From Vicugna vicugna (Eukaryota), in NCBI GenBank assembly GCA_013265495.1, contig MU058000.1, positions 930,001 to 994,000 of the forward strand: a stretch of DNA of 64,000 nucleotides. The letters run 5' to 3'. Numbering within the stretch: position 1 is the stretch's first letter; the number at the start of each line of letters is the position of its first letter. Under the pieces are notes generated by a model, which was not told the DNA's origin, made no database searches, and saw only the letters and a program-made list of their open reading frames with translations. This document shows, in pieces, positions 1 to 12,257 of the stretch. The position numbers were made by a program, and so were the translations under genes.

Positions 1-1
1 T

Positions 2-200
2 TATAAGGAGAAAAAAAGCATGAGGTTGGTCTCAGATTTCCCCACAACAATATTTAATGGCAGAAGACAATGGAAGCAGAGCTCTAAAATCCCAAAAGGG
101 AAGTATTTGACCTTGGGTTCTTTTACTTGTCTGAAGTGACGTTCAGGTGCAAAGGGAATTTTGAAACACAAGAGATATTAACAGCACCTGTAGGAACTTC
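2..200 (+). mobile_element. Decayed L1-type ORF1 C-terminal fragment (old L1M or HAL1)
   Basis: Frame from base 2 reads YKEKKSMRLVSDFPTTIFNGRRQWKQSSKIPKGK, resembling the L1 ORF1 motif YKG..IRL.SDFS..TL.ARRQW..IFK.LK; frameshifted and stopped afterwards. Confidence 0.7.
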
Positions 201-779
201 TTGGGGGTGGGGGAACTGCATGCACATAAAGCCAGCCACTTAACATGTGAATCAGAATGCAGAATACAGGAGTATTCGAAGCCCTGGTAAATACTGGTGG
301 TGAAAACTGAATTCGTATAAATGTAGAACTAACATTAAACAACTGTGGGAAATATAGGTAGATAAAATGGGAGTGTTATAAACATGGACAATGTAAAAAT
401 AATAATATAGCTAGCAAATATTAAGAAGTGGGGGAGAGAAGAGAAAGAAATGTGAGACTATTGAAATCTTTATGTTTCATAGGAAATAGCGGAGTGAAGA
501 GAAACTACCAAAATATGCACCCTTAAAAAAGACTGCAATTCTCTGACGTTTTTAATAAACTAATTTCTTAACCTCAGAGAGATTAAAAAAAATTTTTTTA
601 AGTGATGAAAGATTTATTTGAAGTTCAATAGTTCCTTCTATTTCACCATTTCTTTTATTTTTGTAAAATCAAAGTAAATTTGAAACTATTTCTTTTTAAT
701 GAAGACATTCATATGCAAGAATAAACTCATTTTAATAAACACATTTTTTGCCTTTCTCTTTCTCTTCTATCTTTTCTTC

Positions 780-1100
780 TCTCTGTATTTGTGCCTAGAA
801 AGACATGCGTGACCATTTTAACTTAATATGAATAGTTATTCCTGACATGGGATTTGAATTTCTTTTTTGACCTTTGCCTTTGTGATTTTTCTACATTCTT
901 TACATTTTTATGATAGATGTGTGCCATTTTTTATAAAAATGAGTGATTTTTAAACTTAAAAACCAAAGAAAAGTGTGGAAATCAATATGATATTAGCAGT
1001 GGCTAACTATGGGAGGATGGAAATTGGATGGTTATTAGATTTTCTTTGTACTTTTCTGTACTTTTAAAATTTTCGAAAAATTTGTGGAGAGAAAAATAAA
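780..1100 (+). mobile_element. Two old L1ME/HAL1-like 3'-end fragments
   Basis: Pattern ..ttagcagtggctaactatgggaggatgg..tttgtacttttctgtactttt.. typical of L1ME 3' UTR ends; a similar motif occurs at 830-960. Confidence 0.5.
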
Positions 1101-1721
1101 AAGGATAAATTGAGGATATCTGCTTTTTATCAACTGAATAGCAATCATGCTGGTGTCATTTATGGGCTGCCTAAGACATTCAAGGACAGGTTGACAGAAA
1201 GACTGGCAGGCCAGAACAGGATCTGTTGTAGTAAGCCACAGGATATGGGTCCCTGTGGCACACGGCCACTCTTGGGTGGTCCAGGAGAAAGGTGACAGTG
1301 TCTGTATACTAGGAGCCTCTTTCAAGGCACTGGGAGAATCATAGAAATTTCAAGAGAACAGTCAGACCTATTCATCATTGCATATACTTAAATATGCCAT
1401 GACTCAGTTTTCCCCTTTACACCTAGTAAAGTCTGGAAACACTCATAGGTGTTAATTTTTTCATTGATTTTGTAATGGAATTTTATTCTATGTATTAAGT
1501 GTTCACACAGAGGGAAATATATCAATGAAAACTAGTGAAACAATAAAAGTTTTGTACCAAAAATAGGAGTAGATTTTGCTATACTATTATGAAGAGGCTA
1601 TGATGCCCAAACAGTAGGTAAAGCATAAAACCTGTATAGCTAAAAAGTAGCTGCATATTCGTAATGCCTTTAACCACGCTGGTCTGGCCCTCCCCTTGGT
1701 GCTCTGAGACAGGCAGGCGCG

Positions 1722-1890
1722 GCAAGGTCAAAAGAGCATGAAGTTTGAAGTCAAATTCCTCATATTCTGCCTACAGTTTCCCTCTTTAGGAAGTGGAGAT
1801 CCTATGACCCACTTTGTCGGGTTTGATTCAGATGACCTATGTATGTATGTAGAGCAATGAACAGTTAGTTCAAGGGAGGTAACTGCTATT
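1722..1890 (+). mobile_element. MIR SINE (degraded)
   Basis: aagagcatgaagtttgaagtcaaa head, cagtttccctctttaggaagtggagat core. Confidence 0.55.
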
Positions 1891-3117
1891 GGAGCACGTG
1901 GATGAGCAGGGAAAGACGCTTCCTCTTCTCTGGAATGACCAGTGACTAGCCGCTACTGAAAGGTGCTCTCGGCCTTCCTAACTGCTGTCTTTATTTCCAA
2001 ATTGACCAATTACCAACCCGCATGGGGTTGTCCTGGACACAGAAGCAAGGAGCCAAGGGCAAGGTGCGATCAATCGGCAAAGAGGGAGTTGGAGGGAGCG
2101 CAGTCAGAAGCAAGGTGGGTCCCTGTCCCTAACTGTTGAGGTCTCGCCTGTGGGTTTATTTCAAGCCATGGGGAATTTCCAGCCCTGGCAATGAGATAGC
2201 ACAGAGAATAAACAGGCAGGAATCACTACCTCTTCCACCTCTTAGGTGTAATGCAGGTCTCCAGCCTGCAGTCGGTGGAGTTGACTGACCATGATTCCTC
2301 ATGTGGGATTGGAAGTCTGTGTCTTGGAAGTTTCTGCTTCTTTTGAGACAAGCCCCTGGCAGATGCTTGGACAGGACTGGGCTGAGATTTGCGCTTTGCC
2401 ACATTTTTATCTTCAGGCCCCCCTGCCCCCTTTCTCTTCTCACCCTTTTTCTTTCCCCAAGGTCTGCCCATTTGCAAAATCAAGAAAGCATGCATTTAGA
2501 AATTCCAGGAGAACAGAACAGAGATACTTTATGAAAAGGAGACATGATCTCATAGAAGAAGGATGTTTATTTACTCCAGCCTTGGAGAAGTTCATTCTAA
2601 GGGCACAGTTTTGAAGCCAATGAAACGGACACCTGTGAGGGAGCTGGATGCTTAAAAAATTAGGAATAAAAATGTTCATTGCCTTGAGGTCCTAAAATCT
2701 AAAGGAACTAGCACAGACTTAAAGACAGACTCTCAAAGTTATTCTTTCCTCCCTGCTGACTTTATATTTTTCTCGCTTTTTTTTTCTCTGAACTTTTTTA
2801 TATTTGGAGAAGGCAGAGCCTGTTCTTGGGGATTTGGGAGAACTGGGTTAAAACCGCAGCTCTAGACATCAGGTATTAGTAATGGCTCTCAGAGAAAGCT
2901 GGTCACCGCAGAGGAAGGTGAGTATGGTGTGGGGTTTGTTTACCTCCAGGCCCATTTTCCCCAGAATTTCTCTTTTCCTTAAATTGCTCCCCTTTTGTCC
3001 TCCTGAGGCTGTGGCATGTCCGTTGGCCTTCCTGACTTACGTATCCTGAGCTAAAGATTCCATCAACAAGCTTACCCTGCCACCCCCCACTCCCAACTCT
3101 TGACAAAAGGGACTGTT

Positions 3118-3260
3118 AGGCCTGACACATAGTAGGTGCTCAGATATTCATTAGGTAAGAAGTAAATAAGTTCTAGGTTTAACACAAATGGAGAAGCTGA
3201 GGCTCAGAGACATTCTCACTCTTTTCAAGGTTGTATCCTAGCAGGTAGCAGAGTTTAACG
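3118..3260. mobile_element. L2/MIR-type 3' tail (+) followed by MIR fragment (-)
   Basis: cctgacacatagtaggtgctcagata, then acaaatggagaagctgaggctcagaga. Confidence 0.55.
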
Positions 3261-3989
3261 CCTGATTGACATCTGGGAAAACACATCTAAAAATGTGAAC
3301 TAGTGGATGTGGGGTATTCTCGGTGTCCCATGACTAGTGCAGGAGGTGCTCACTGTTGGAGTCACAGGAGGAGGGCAGTGTGGGCTGGAGCCATCCATAA
3401 GCTGGGACTAGGGCGGTTATAGTAAGACTACAAGAAGGGAAGGATGTGAGCAATGAGAAGAAGAAATGAGGTTTGTGTTCCAATGGTCACAAATGCTCTG
3501 GTGGTTACTGGAGTAGAAGGCAGTTGAATACATTGATGGATAAGGTACTGGAATAGAAATGAACATGCTTTGTCTGTGTACAGATGAGGTGTAGTAAATC
3601 TTATATGTCCTCAAGATAGAATGTATTTTTCTCTTTCCTATTTTCCAATTTCCATTTTCAGTTTTATGTCATGAAATAATAATAACAATCCTCACAACAG
3701 TGATTAAACTAATAAATAACACTGTGCATTAGTGCATGGGAATGAAGAATGTACGTTATAAATAATAATAGTTTATTTATGCTACTGTCTGTACTCACCC
3801 TTTCTATTCTCCCAGCAAGGTGCTTGGGGATCTCAAAAAAGCTCCCAAACAAATACACCCACACACCCATATATACATAGGAGATATAGCGTAATATATA
3901 TTCTATCACAGATAAGAAATCTTCCAAATGACAGTTCATAAAGAAAATGGTAACCCTAGAATAAAAATCATTAGAAATGGTGGACATTT

Positions 3990-4501
3990 ATTAAATTTAT
4001 ATGCTACCGAAACTTGCTTTTATGAATCTATAACTTAATGTAGACATTTTTGGAATACAAATAGATACAAATCATAGTAAAACTTTATTGACCCTCAGGT
4101 AGAAAAATACATTCCTATGGCTTTTTTTTCGGGCGAAGCTATGCATTAACCTGTCAATTTCAGTGGTTTACATATGTCTGGATATTTGGAGTAATACACT
4201 AAAAAAAAAAGCTTTTGAGGACCAACATAGGGCTACAATCCACTTTGCCAATTAAATTTATTTGGAGAAAAAAGTAACTGTTCTTTTACTAGTATTTTTC
4301 CATAAAAAGAATGAAGATTTATCAGTAAAAAAGTAGGAAGGATATAATCTCACAAGAAAGGTCTTTCGATTTATTCAACGAATAAAAAACATTAGCCTTA
4401 TGAAATACTCTTGGTTGTTTCACTTATTTCATTGGGGATCAGTGAAAAATTTTGTCAAGATGGATGTTGATGCTGTACACAGGCAGAAGTTTAGGAACCA
4501 G
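3990..4501. mobile_element. Possible degraded hAT-Charlie DNA transposon fragment
   Basis: AT-rich body ending gaagtttaggaaccag, similar to the Charlie/MER5 terminal repeat gtttgagaaccactg; left end not found. Confidence 0.3.
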
Positions 4502-4607
4502 TAATGTGATGCATTTCTATGAATTAGGTTTAAGAAGATTTTCCTTATTTCCACCAGCGAGATGCAGAAAGCGTATCACGGGATAATTTGAACTCGCTCG
4601 CTCTGGG

Positions 4608-4792
4608 CAGCTGTTCTCACACTTCAGCATCAGCATTCCGTGGAGAGCATCTTAAAACACAGCACTGCCCCAGCCCTGGAGTTTCAGACTCAGTGGAGGA
4701 GGGCGGGTTGTGAGGCAGGAATCTCTGTTCCTAGCTTGTTCTTGGGTGCTGTTCATGCTGCTGATCTGGAGGTCACACTTTGAGAACCACTG
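4608..4792. mobile_element. MER5A-type hAT-Charlie MITE
   Basis: Terminal inverted repeats cagctgttctcacact / cactttgagaaccactg, 185 bp, ctag-like flanks. Confidence 0.85.
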
Positions 4793-4984
4793 TTCTAGAT
4801 TATTAAAGGCAATTGCTAAAATGCAAATGTCTTGCCCAGAAGTCCTTATGGCCCAGAATGCCTTTATTACCTTGTCCCCTGGGTGAATGCTGACACATCT
4901 TTCTAGAGATGTGACTTCTCTAAATATTTCTCCTTCCTTAGCCCTCCAAGTAAAATCTCTCTCCCTGCTTTTATTTCTCCATCT

Positions 4985-5045
4985 CCTTCATTTCCTTCCT
5001 TTTCCCCCTTCCTTCCTTCCATCCATTCTTCCTTCTTTCCTTCTC
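4985..5045 (+). repeat. (TTCC)n-like pyrimidine-rich simple repeat
   Basis: tttccttcctttt...ccttccttcc directly visible. Confidence 0.8.
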
Positions 5046-6801
5046 TGGTTGTCCCCATTAGACTCTTGTGAAGAGCCAATGCTGTAGTTCATTTATCTTT
5101 GAATCCTGGAATCCAGCATCATACCTGCTGTTGATTTTGTCATCTTTTTCTTGCTGTATCACAGCAACAACCAAGCTAGAGAGTTGAGTAATCAGCTGGT
5201 AGATTTGCTCTCTGTAGATGGTCTGGATTATTCAGGTTGAATGTTTTGTCTCCTTCCCCTCACTCCTGCCCCCTGTAATCTATAGCACAGTGTTAATTTT
5301 TTAAAAATCACATAATAACTGATTAAGATACCCATTTTAAGTGACTACTGTACCAGCAATAAGTCAAATATTGGGGTAAACATATGGAAGTCCCCAGTCA
5401 CCGTATTTGTCAATTGCTAGCTTAATTGGCTTTCCTAGAACTGGAATCCTATTCAGTATATCCCTGGAAAAAATTTCTATGCTATGTCTACCAGTTTTGG
5501 GGGACATCAAAGTGTGATACTTTAGATATGCAAATACCAAAACTCTTCAAGGTCCTTTTGAATATTAAAAAAAATACAGAATAATACACATCCTTTGGGT
5601 ATTTTTCCAAATTCACAGGTAGGTATTGAAAGCTAGAGCCATCCCGAGTACCTGAGTTTTTCAGTGGCTCAATGCCCCTCCTCTCCATTTCTTATACGTT
5701 GTATTTCTTTTGAAATCAGGGATCATTATAATGAGATAACAAAAATATTTCCAGATACAAATAGATGACAAATGTAGATAACTTTCATTTTTGATTTTTA
5801 TGGATTTGTTTTTGCCATTCTGATCAAAATTTCAAGACCAAAGGCGACTGATGGTGTGACCCAAGTACTCAAGAAGAGGCTGAGTGACTGTGGAAAAGAT
5901 AGGTTTCACAACCTGCATTACATTTATCACTGTTTACAAGTCCATGAAGACAGAGATGGGGGAGCAAAACATGTTTGGGCTGTAGACCTGGACTAGGGAG
6001 CAGAAGGACATGCAAATAAAAGAATGGGGTAGAATAGGTAAACGGGATTGGGGTCCCAGAAATTTTAAGGCATTTTCTCTAGCTAATGTGAAATATAGTA
6101 TTTCTCTACATACATAATTAATACAGTGAAATAAAACATTTGAAAGATTCATTTTTGTCAAAAGATGCCATTTTCCATATTTCGTGAACAGGAATTACTC
6201 AGTACTTCTTAAGTGTGTTTAGATTGCTGGGACTCTGTCATGTAAGAAGTGTAGAGTGTGTTGCCCTCAAACAGAACACCACAGCTAATGAACATTTGTT
6301 TAAAGTGCTTTGTTACATTTCATTCAAAGGTGTCTACCGAATGCTGCATGCTATTAGAAGCTGCAATCCTTGTCTGATCCAAGACAATTCAATTATGGAA
6401 AATACCTAGAAAGCAGTTGTGAAAAGAATTTCATTAAACAACCAAGTAGCTCTCCTCTTGTATGTATGTTTTAAAGAAGGATCAGCTTGTGAACTTGCTG
6501 GTAATTGACTGCCGAATGGGCTGTTCATCGAGGAAGTGTTTATGGAGATTGTTAAGATGTGAGAAGTTGCGCAGTGTGGGCTCCCTTGTAAGGATGCCTA
6601 GGTTCTGAGGGAGGAGGGGGAGGAGCAGAGGGATCTCTGGTCTTCCCTGATGGGAGGAACTCTTCTATGCTTAAGGCAAGAGCTGCTCTGTCAAGCAATA
6701 TCCCATTACCTCTTGAATTATTCTGGCTCAGAGCGAATTCATTCCTCTTTGAGTTTTATCTTGTTTTCTGTCTGCCATTTTCTTATCAATTAATGATATA
6801 T

Positions 6802-6892
6802 GTCTTTATCTTTCTTTATGGCCTTTGTTTTAAAGTCTATTTTGTCTGATATGAGTATTGGCCAGTTCTTGTCATTTCCATTTGCATGAAAT
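6802..6892 (-). mobile_element. L1 ORF2 endonuclease fragment (inverted 5' part of an L1 insertion)
   Basis: Minus strand translates FHANGNDKNWPILISDKIDFKTKAIKKDKD, matching L1 EN FHANG.QKKAGVAILISDKIDFK. Confidence 0.9.
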
Positions 6893-7153
6893 GGTTACGG
6901 CGTAAGTGGGGAAAAGGGGTTGGGAGGGATAAATTCGGACTTTGGGATTTGCAGATACTAACTCCTATATATAAAATAGACAACAAGATCCTACTGTATA
7001 GCACAGGGAACCGTGGTTAATACCTTATAATGGCCTTTAATGAAAAAGAATATGGGAAGGAATATATATATACATATATATCTGAGTTGCCACGTTGTAC
7101 ACCAGAAATTAACATAACATTGTAAATAGACTGTGCTTCAATAAGAAAAAAAA
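6891..7153 (+). mobile_element. L1 3' UTR with A-tail (cetartiodactyl type)
   Basis: gggataaattcggactttgggatttgcagatac...ctactgtatagcacagggaac...tgtacaccagaaattaacataacattgtaaat...caataagaaaaaaaa. Confidence 0.9.
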
Positions 7154-7765
7154 TCAATGCTATATTGCTTCATATCAGCATAGGGGAGAGAGAGCTGAAA
7201 TTTCTGTCCATCAGTAGGGCAGTGTTCACTAGTGGTCAGAGCAACCGTATGTTAAAAAGCCTTGGGTCCTGCCTCCCTTCAGTGACCTCGGTACCGAACC
7301 AGTGCCTGCACAGGTGGCCCTTGACAGATCCAGATGGCTTTACTCAGTCTTCCCCTCTCCTGTGGGGTGCTCACTGCCCTGTGCAGTGCCCCTAGCCAGA
7401 GGGTGGTGCAGTCCTAAGATTTGGGTTTGGGTTTAGGAAGATGGCAGAGGCCCATTTGGCCTTCAGGTAGAACATGTGTACCCTCAGGTTTTCCACCAAC
7501 TCTTCACAGGCCTTGAGAGTGTAATTCCAGGCAATTAAAAATAGTGCAGTTCTTCAACTCCTGTTTGTCATTGTCCCTTGTGTGAGGGACCCCAGGATGT
7601 GGAAGGGAGGCTGGCAGGACTTGGGCATTGCTAGGTGTCTGACAGCATCTCAGACCTCATCAAAACACAATCTGTTATTTGTTTCCAGGGTTTTATTGAG
7701 AACCTGATAGGTTTCTTTGTACTAGAGGCAACTGGATTGTAAATTCCTGGAAGGATAAAGAGCTA

Positions 7766-7899
7766 CATTTTATTTTATTCTATTTTTTTCATCTCTTTCT
7801 AGGTTTGTTTATTTATTTATAACGGAAGTATTGAGGATTGAACTCAGGACCTAGTGCATGCTAAGTATGCACTCTACCCCTTGAGCTATATCCTTCCCC
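7766..7899 (-). mobile_element. tRNA(Ala)-derived SINE, camelid Vic-1 type
   Basis: Minus strand ggggaaggatatagctcaaggggtagagtgcatacttagcatgcactaggtcctgagttcaatcc, with A box, AGC anticodon loop, B box and (TAAA)n tail. Confidence 0.85.
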
Positions 7900-7933
7900 T
7901 GAACGTAAGACTCTTTTAATGTGGGACTCTTTT

Positions 7934-8052
7934 TAAAAAAATTTATTTATTTATTTATTTATTTATATTGTATTATTTAATTATTTTATTTTGGCAGGGG
8001 ATAGATAATTAGGTTAATTTATTTTTAGAGGAGGTACTGGGGATAGAACCCA
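7934..8052 (-). mobile_element. 5'-truncated Vic-1-type SINE with TSD
   Basis: Begins at B box gggttctatccccagtacctcc; flanking direct repeat taatgtgggact(c/a)tttt at 7917-7933 and 8053-8069. Confidence 0.85.
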
Positions 8053-8094
8053 TAATGTGGGACTATTTTAATCTTTTAAATTTGGACCAAATGC

Positions 8095-8236
8095 TCCTCA
8101 TGCTCACTGTGTGATAGCCCCATCCTCATCCTGCAGATAGGGAAACTGAGGCTCAGAAAGAATTAGTGATTTGAAGGTCACAGTAGTAAGAGGTGGAGAC
8201 AGGACTGAACTTGGATCTACTGGACTCTAAAGCCTT
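8095..8236 (-). mobile_element. MIR SINE
   Basis: cagatagggaaactgaggctcagaaag...aaggtcacagtagtaagaggtgg...gactctaaagcc. Confidence 0.8.
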
Positions 8237-8850
8237 AAAAACAAAAACAAAAACAAAAACTACATCACACTGTCAAAGCAGCACAAGATTTGACGGCAAG
8301 GGCTGTGATGCAGGCCAGGGTGTCCAGTGCACCCTGCAGCTGCACCTCCTGTTTGCTCCTTGTTGCAGAGCCCAGGGAGTGGCGGCAGTCCCCTACCAGC
8401 TGCTCTGCTGGTCATGCCTCTTTTTGCAGATCAAATGGGAAATGCATTTAATAGTCTTGTGGTATTTGATTCTGCTGGTTAAAAACAACCTGCCTTTGCT
8501 CCAAAGCAGAGCAAAATGTTTCAAAGGGCCACATCAGTGTCCTTAATGATTTGATAATTAAGACAACACTGCATAAGCACAGTTTAAATGTAAGCAAATT
8601 ACTTGGAAAGGAAAAAAAAAAAAGCAAACTCTTTCAAATGATTCGCTATTTGTTTAATTAGAGCAGAATCTTTTTGTTTGTTTGTTTGTTTGAAAGCCAT
8701 TAACAATGGAATCCTAAATGAATGAATGGAGAACAATAGTAATTAAAGACAGCTCTCATAATAGCCCAGGAAGAAACATTCAGCATGAGTTGTTAAGTCA
8801 GAGGATACTTGGCGTGGGTCCTATAAGGAGGGATTGTGAAAATGTTTGAA

Positions 8851-9335
8851 TTGTTCTCTTGGTTTGGACTCCCTGAAGCCAAGCTGAGACAAACTCTGGG
8901 GGTCAGGGAATTTATTTGGGAAGTGACCCTGGGAAGCATGAATGAGGGAAGATAAGGTAGGAAGGGAGAAGAGTCAGCAGAATCTGTGTTAATGAGCAAG
9001 CTATCGCTGTGGGCACCAGGGGCTCAGTCCTGCCCAGGACCCCCTGAGAGACCAGAGAACACACTTCAGAGTTGTCCTGCTGGAGACACATTTATTCACC
9101 ATCCCCTCCTGGTTGAGGGTTGCTCCTGGGAGCAGTAAGTCCTCGGCACTTCCCACTGCCCTGAGCAATCTGCTAGGCCCTAGAGAAGGTCTTCAGGCAG
9201 AGAAGCAGAGAGACATCTCCTTGAGGGGGAAATTGGGAACCTGTTGGCATGCATGTATCTGTCCTTGGAGGCTGCTGCTGAACTCAGAAATGGGCCAAGG
9301 GGACATGGGGCAGGACATTAACAGCATCTGTTACA
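8851..9335 (-). mobile_element. ERVL solo LTR, LTR16-like
   Basis: tgttctcttggtttggactccctgaagccaagctgagacaa...tttatttgggaagtgaccctgggaagca...ctgtgggcaccaggggctcagtcc...catctgttaca; TG...CA ends. Confidence 0.75.
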
Positions 9336-9367
9336 GATAGACTTTTGTAAGATGTCATCCTTCTCAA

Positions 9368-9697
9368 CTGGCGTGATATGATAGAAATATAATGTGAGCC
9401 AAAAATATGAGCCACATATGTAATTTTGTCTTTTCTAGCAGCTACATTACAAAATCAAAAAGGAACAAGTGAAACTAATTTTAACAATGTTTTATTTAAT
9501 TCTCTGTGTCCAAACTATTACCATTTCAACATGTATTCAATATAAGAAATTACTAAAGAGATGGCTTACATTCTTTCTTTCTTACTAAGTTTTGGAAATC
9601 CAGGATGAATTTTACATACACAGCACATCTCACTTTGGACCAGCCACATTTCAAGTGTTCAAAGCCACAGATGGCTTAAGGCTACAGTTCTAGATGA
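9368..9697. mobile_element. MER33-type hAT-Charlie element
   Basis: atagaaatataatgtgagcc...ccacatatgtaatttt...cagcacatctcactttggaccagccacatttcaagtgttc follows the MER33 consensus. Confidence 0.85.
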
Positions 9698-10334
9698 ATA
9701 TAAGAAAAACACTCATTTGGGAATGGCATAAAGCAAAAATCTGCAGTTTTCTTCAAAATAACATGTAAGTTATAATCTCCCCAAATATTTTAGGGTTATC
9801 TTTCTTATTCTGTGAACAGTATTAAATGATCTCCTTTTATAATTTATGGACCTTTTCAGAAACTTTCCCTGTCCTTTGATTTCAGATTCCCTTTCTTCTG
9901 ATTTACGTGGCAAAGACTGTCGTGATAAATTTTTCTTGAGAACATTGATAATTGTTTATAGCTTATGGAGTCTTTAACCAGGGCTTGCCATAGAGGTCTG
10001 GGAGCACTGGGAAGGCAGGGCACCACTTGGCCTGGCCTCTTAAAGGCTGGTATTGCCAAGCCTTTTATTTCATTTAAAAAAAGAGCTTATTTGTTGAACA
10101 GTATAAACAACGTATGCATTTAAACTATGCTACACGCTTCTTGGGACTTCCCCATTTTTGGTACTTCTACCTTTAAAAAAACACCTAAGAAACCTGAAAA
10201 ATGGCCTCTCTTTATAGGTGAGGGGAGTGACAGGTACTTTAATTGACTAACCTTTCATTTCCAACCTTTGCCTTTTTTTTTCTGACTCTATTAGAGCGGC
10301 TATTAAGATAACAACCACAAACAAACATTAATTT

Positions 10335-10693
10335 TCTAGTTTTCCTTGAAGTCAGCAGGGGCCATGTGACAGTGTTGGCCAGTGAGATATAAGCTGAAAT
10401 CTGCTGATGTCTCCTCTTCTTCCTTTCTGGAACTCAAGCATGATGGTTGACAATATAGCAGCCATTTGGCAACCAGGAGGCAATTGGCATGAGGATGAAG
10501 GTCAACATGCTGAGGATGGCAAAGAAAAAGATGGAAGACTTGGTATCTGATGACAGTTTTGAGTTTGTTTGTCAGCACTGGAAGTACTTTCAGACTTCGT
10601 ATTACATGAGAAATTATTTAATACCTTGTATGCTTAAGCCACTGTGAGATAGATTTTCTTATACCTATAGAAGAATGAATTTCTATCTGATAC
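10335..10693 (+). mobile_element. MaLR LTR, MLT1J/K-like
   Basis: ggccatgtgacagtgttggccagtgagat...gcagccatttggcaacca...cttaagccactg...ctatctgataca. Confidence 0.75.
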
Positions 10694-10757
10694 AGAGGCC
10701 CTCCGAAACCACCACTGAAACACACTTGGCATGCATTTACTTTCATGCCACTCCCTG

Positions 10758-11330
10758 TGTTAGAGCAGGCAGATAGCTAGATACGAGCAGAGAAAGAGGG
10801 ACATTGGCCAAATGCAGGAAACCCTACATCATGTAACCACCAGGGGTCTCTGGGCAGAGAAGGAAAAGCAGGAACATCTGGGCTGATAGGCAATCATACA
10901 TTTTGGGGTGACAGGTGGCCAGGCTAACAAAGAAAGGTGAGAAAAGGCAGGAATCTCCAGGGTCTGAATAAACAAAATTAGCCTTGCAGATTAGAAGTAC
11001 CCATCATCCACTGATGCCATAATACTTCTGATCTAGACTAAATAAGGACAAAACTCCCTGCTCCCTTAGGGAAAGTGGAGTTGAGATGAATATCAGGGAA
11101 TATGACCCCAACCCTTCCCTCCCACATGAATATTCCGCCCATTCATTTTTACACTCTATGTAACCTCTTTGCCAAAGAAACTTGGGGCAGCTCCTCACCT
11201 TAGGCTGCCTCCTCTCCTCTTGAGAATGTACTATCCATCCCTTAATAAATCCCCACTGTACTTTCTTAACCTCTGCATCTTGTCTCTGAGTTCTTTCTGG
11301 GACGGGACAAGAACCTGGACACTGGTTACA
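10758..11330 (+). mobile_element. ERV1-class solo LTR
   Basis: TGTTAG...GTTACA ends, AATAAA near 11244, U5-like tail tctctgagttctttctgggacgggacaagaacc; flanks cctg/tctg (near 4-bp TSD). Confidence 0.75.
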
Positions 11331-12257
11331 TCTGTGATAACACCTACAAGTGGCTAATTAAACAGTCATCCAGAAATACAATGAAAAGAAACAAATACAC
11401 AAAATGCTGCAAGTCTGAAGTTATCAATTCTCCAGAGACCTAATTAGATGGAAAGATATAGACTAATCAAATCACTTACATTTGTGTTCCAGCCCCCGAA
11501 TCCCTTATTTAAAATGACCATAATTTCTTACTCAAATCATCACTGTCTTCATTTAAAGGGGAATAAATGCCACTTAAGATTATCATCTTTGGGTCTCCAG
11601 ATCTTGCCTTGAGCCTGGCTTATAGAAAATAATCAGCAAATGTTTATCCTATTGATAAACTGATAAAATCATGCAAGTAAAATAATTTATTCAGTATTTG
11701 TTCACTTTTATCCCTTTTTGGAAAGCTTCCTGAAACTTTTAATAGGCTGCCCCAGTGCATGGACAATATTGGGTCAGGATGTCACTACCCCAAAGATGTC
11801 TTCTGGAAGTTTCCTGAGACCTTCCCAAGGGGGAGGGACCAAAGGAATAGGCAACCTAAATTAGGGAGCTGTTTTCCTCAGGAGACTTTCCCACAGAAAC
11901 TGCCCAACACTTCTAATAACTGTCAATAAAGAGTTGTTAGCTTCCATATTGTCTTTACTTTCTTAGACAGATAACCGCAAATGAGTACCTTTGAGAACCA
12001 TGTGGATGTCTTTTCCCCTCTCCCACGTGGGTGACCCTGAAGACATCTTCTGTAGCAGGATGAAAGCCTCAGAGTTTGGATTTGAATCCCAAACAGGAGG
12101 ATCGAAATCCAGTCGTAACACTTTCTGACCAAACCCACCTGCATGTGTGTTGTTAAAATAAAGCTTCTCTGTTAACTCATCCCCATCCTCTGTGGGTTCT
12201 CTGAGGACAAAAACCTATAGGCTTCTGCCTTCAACTTTTACCTATCAGGCCATCACT

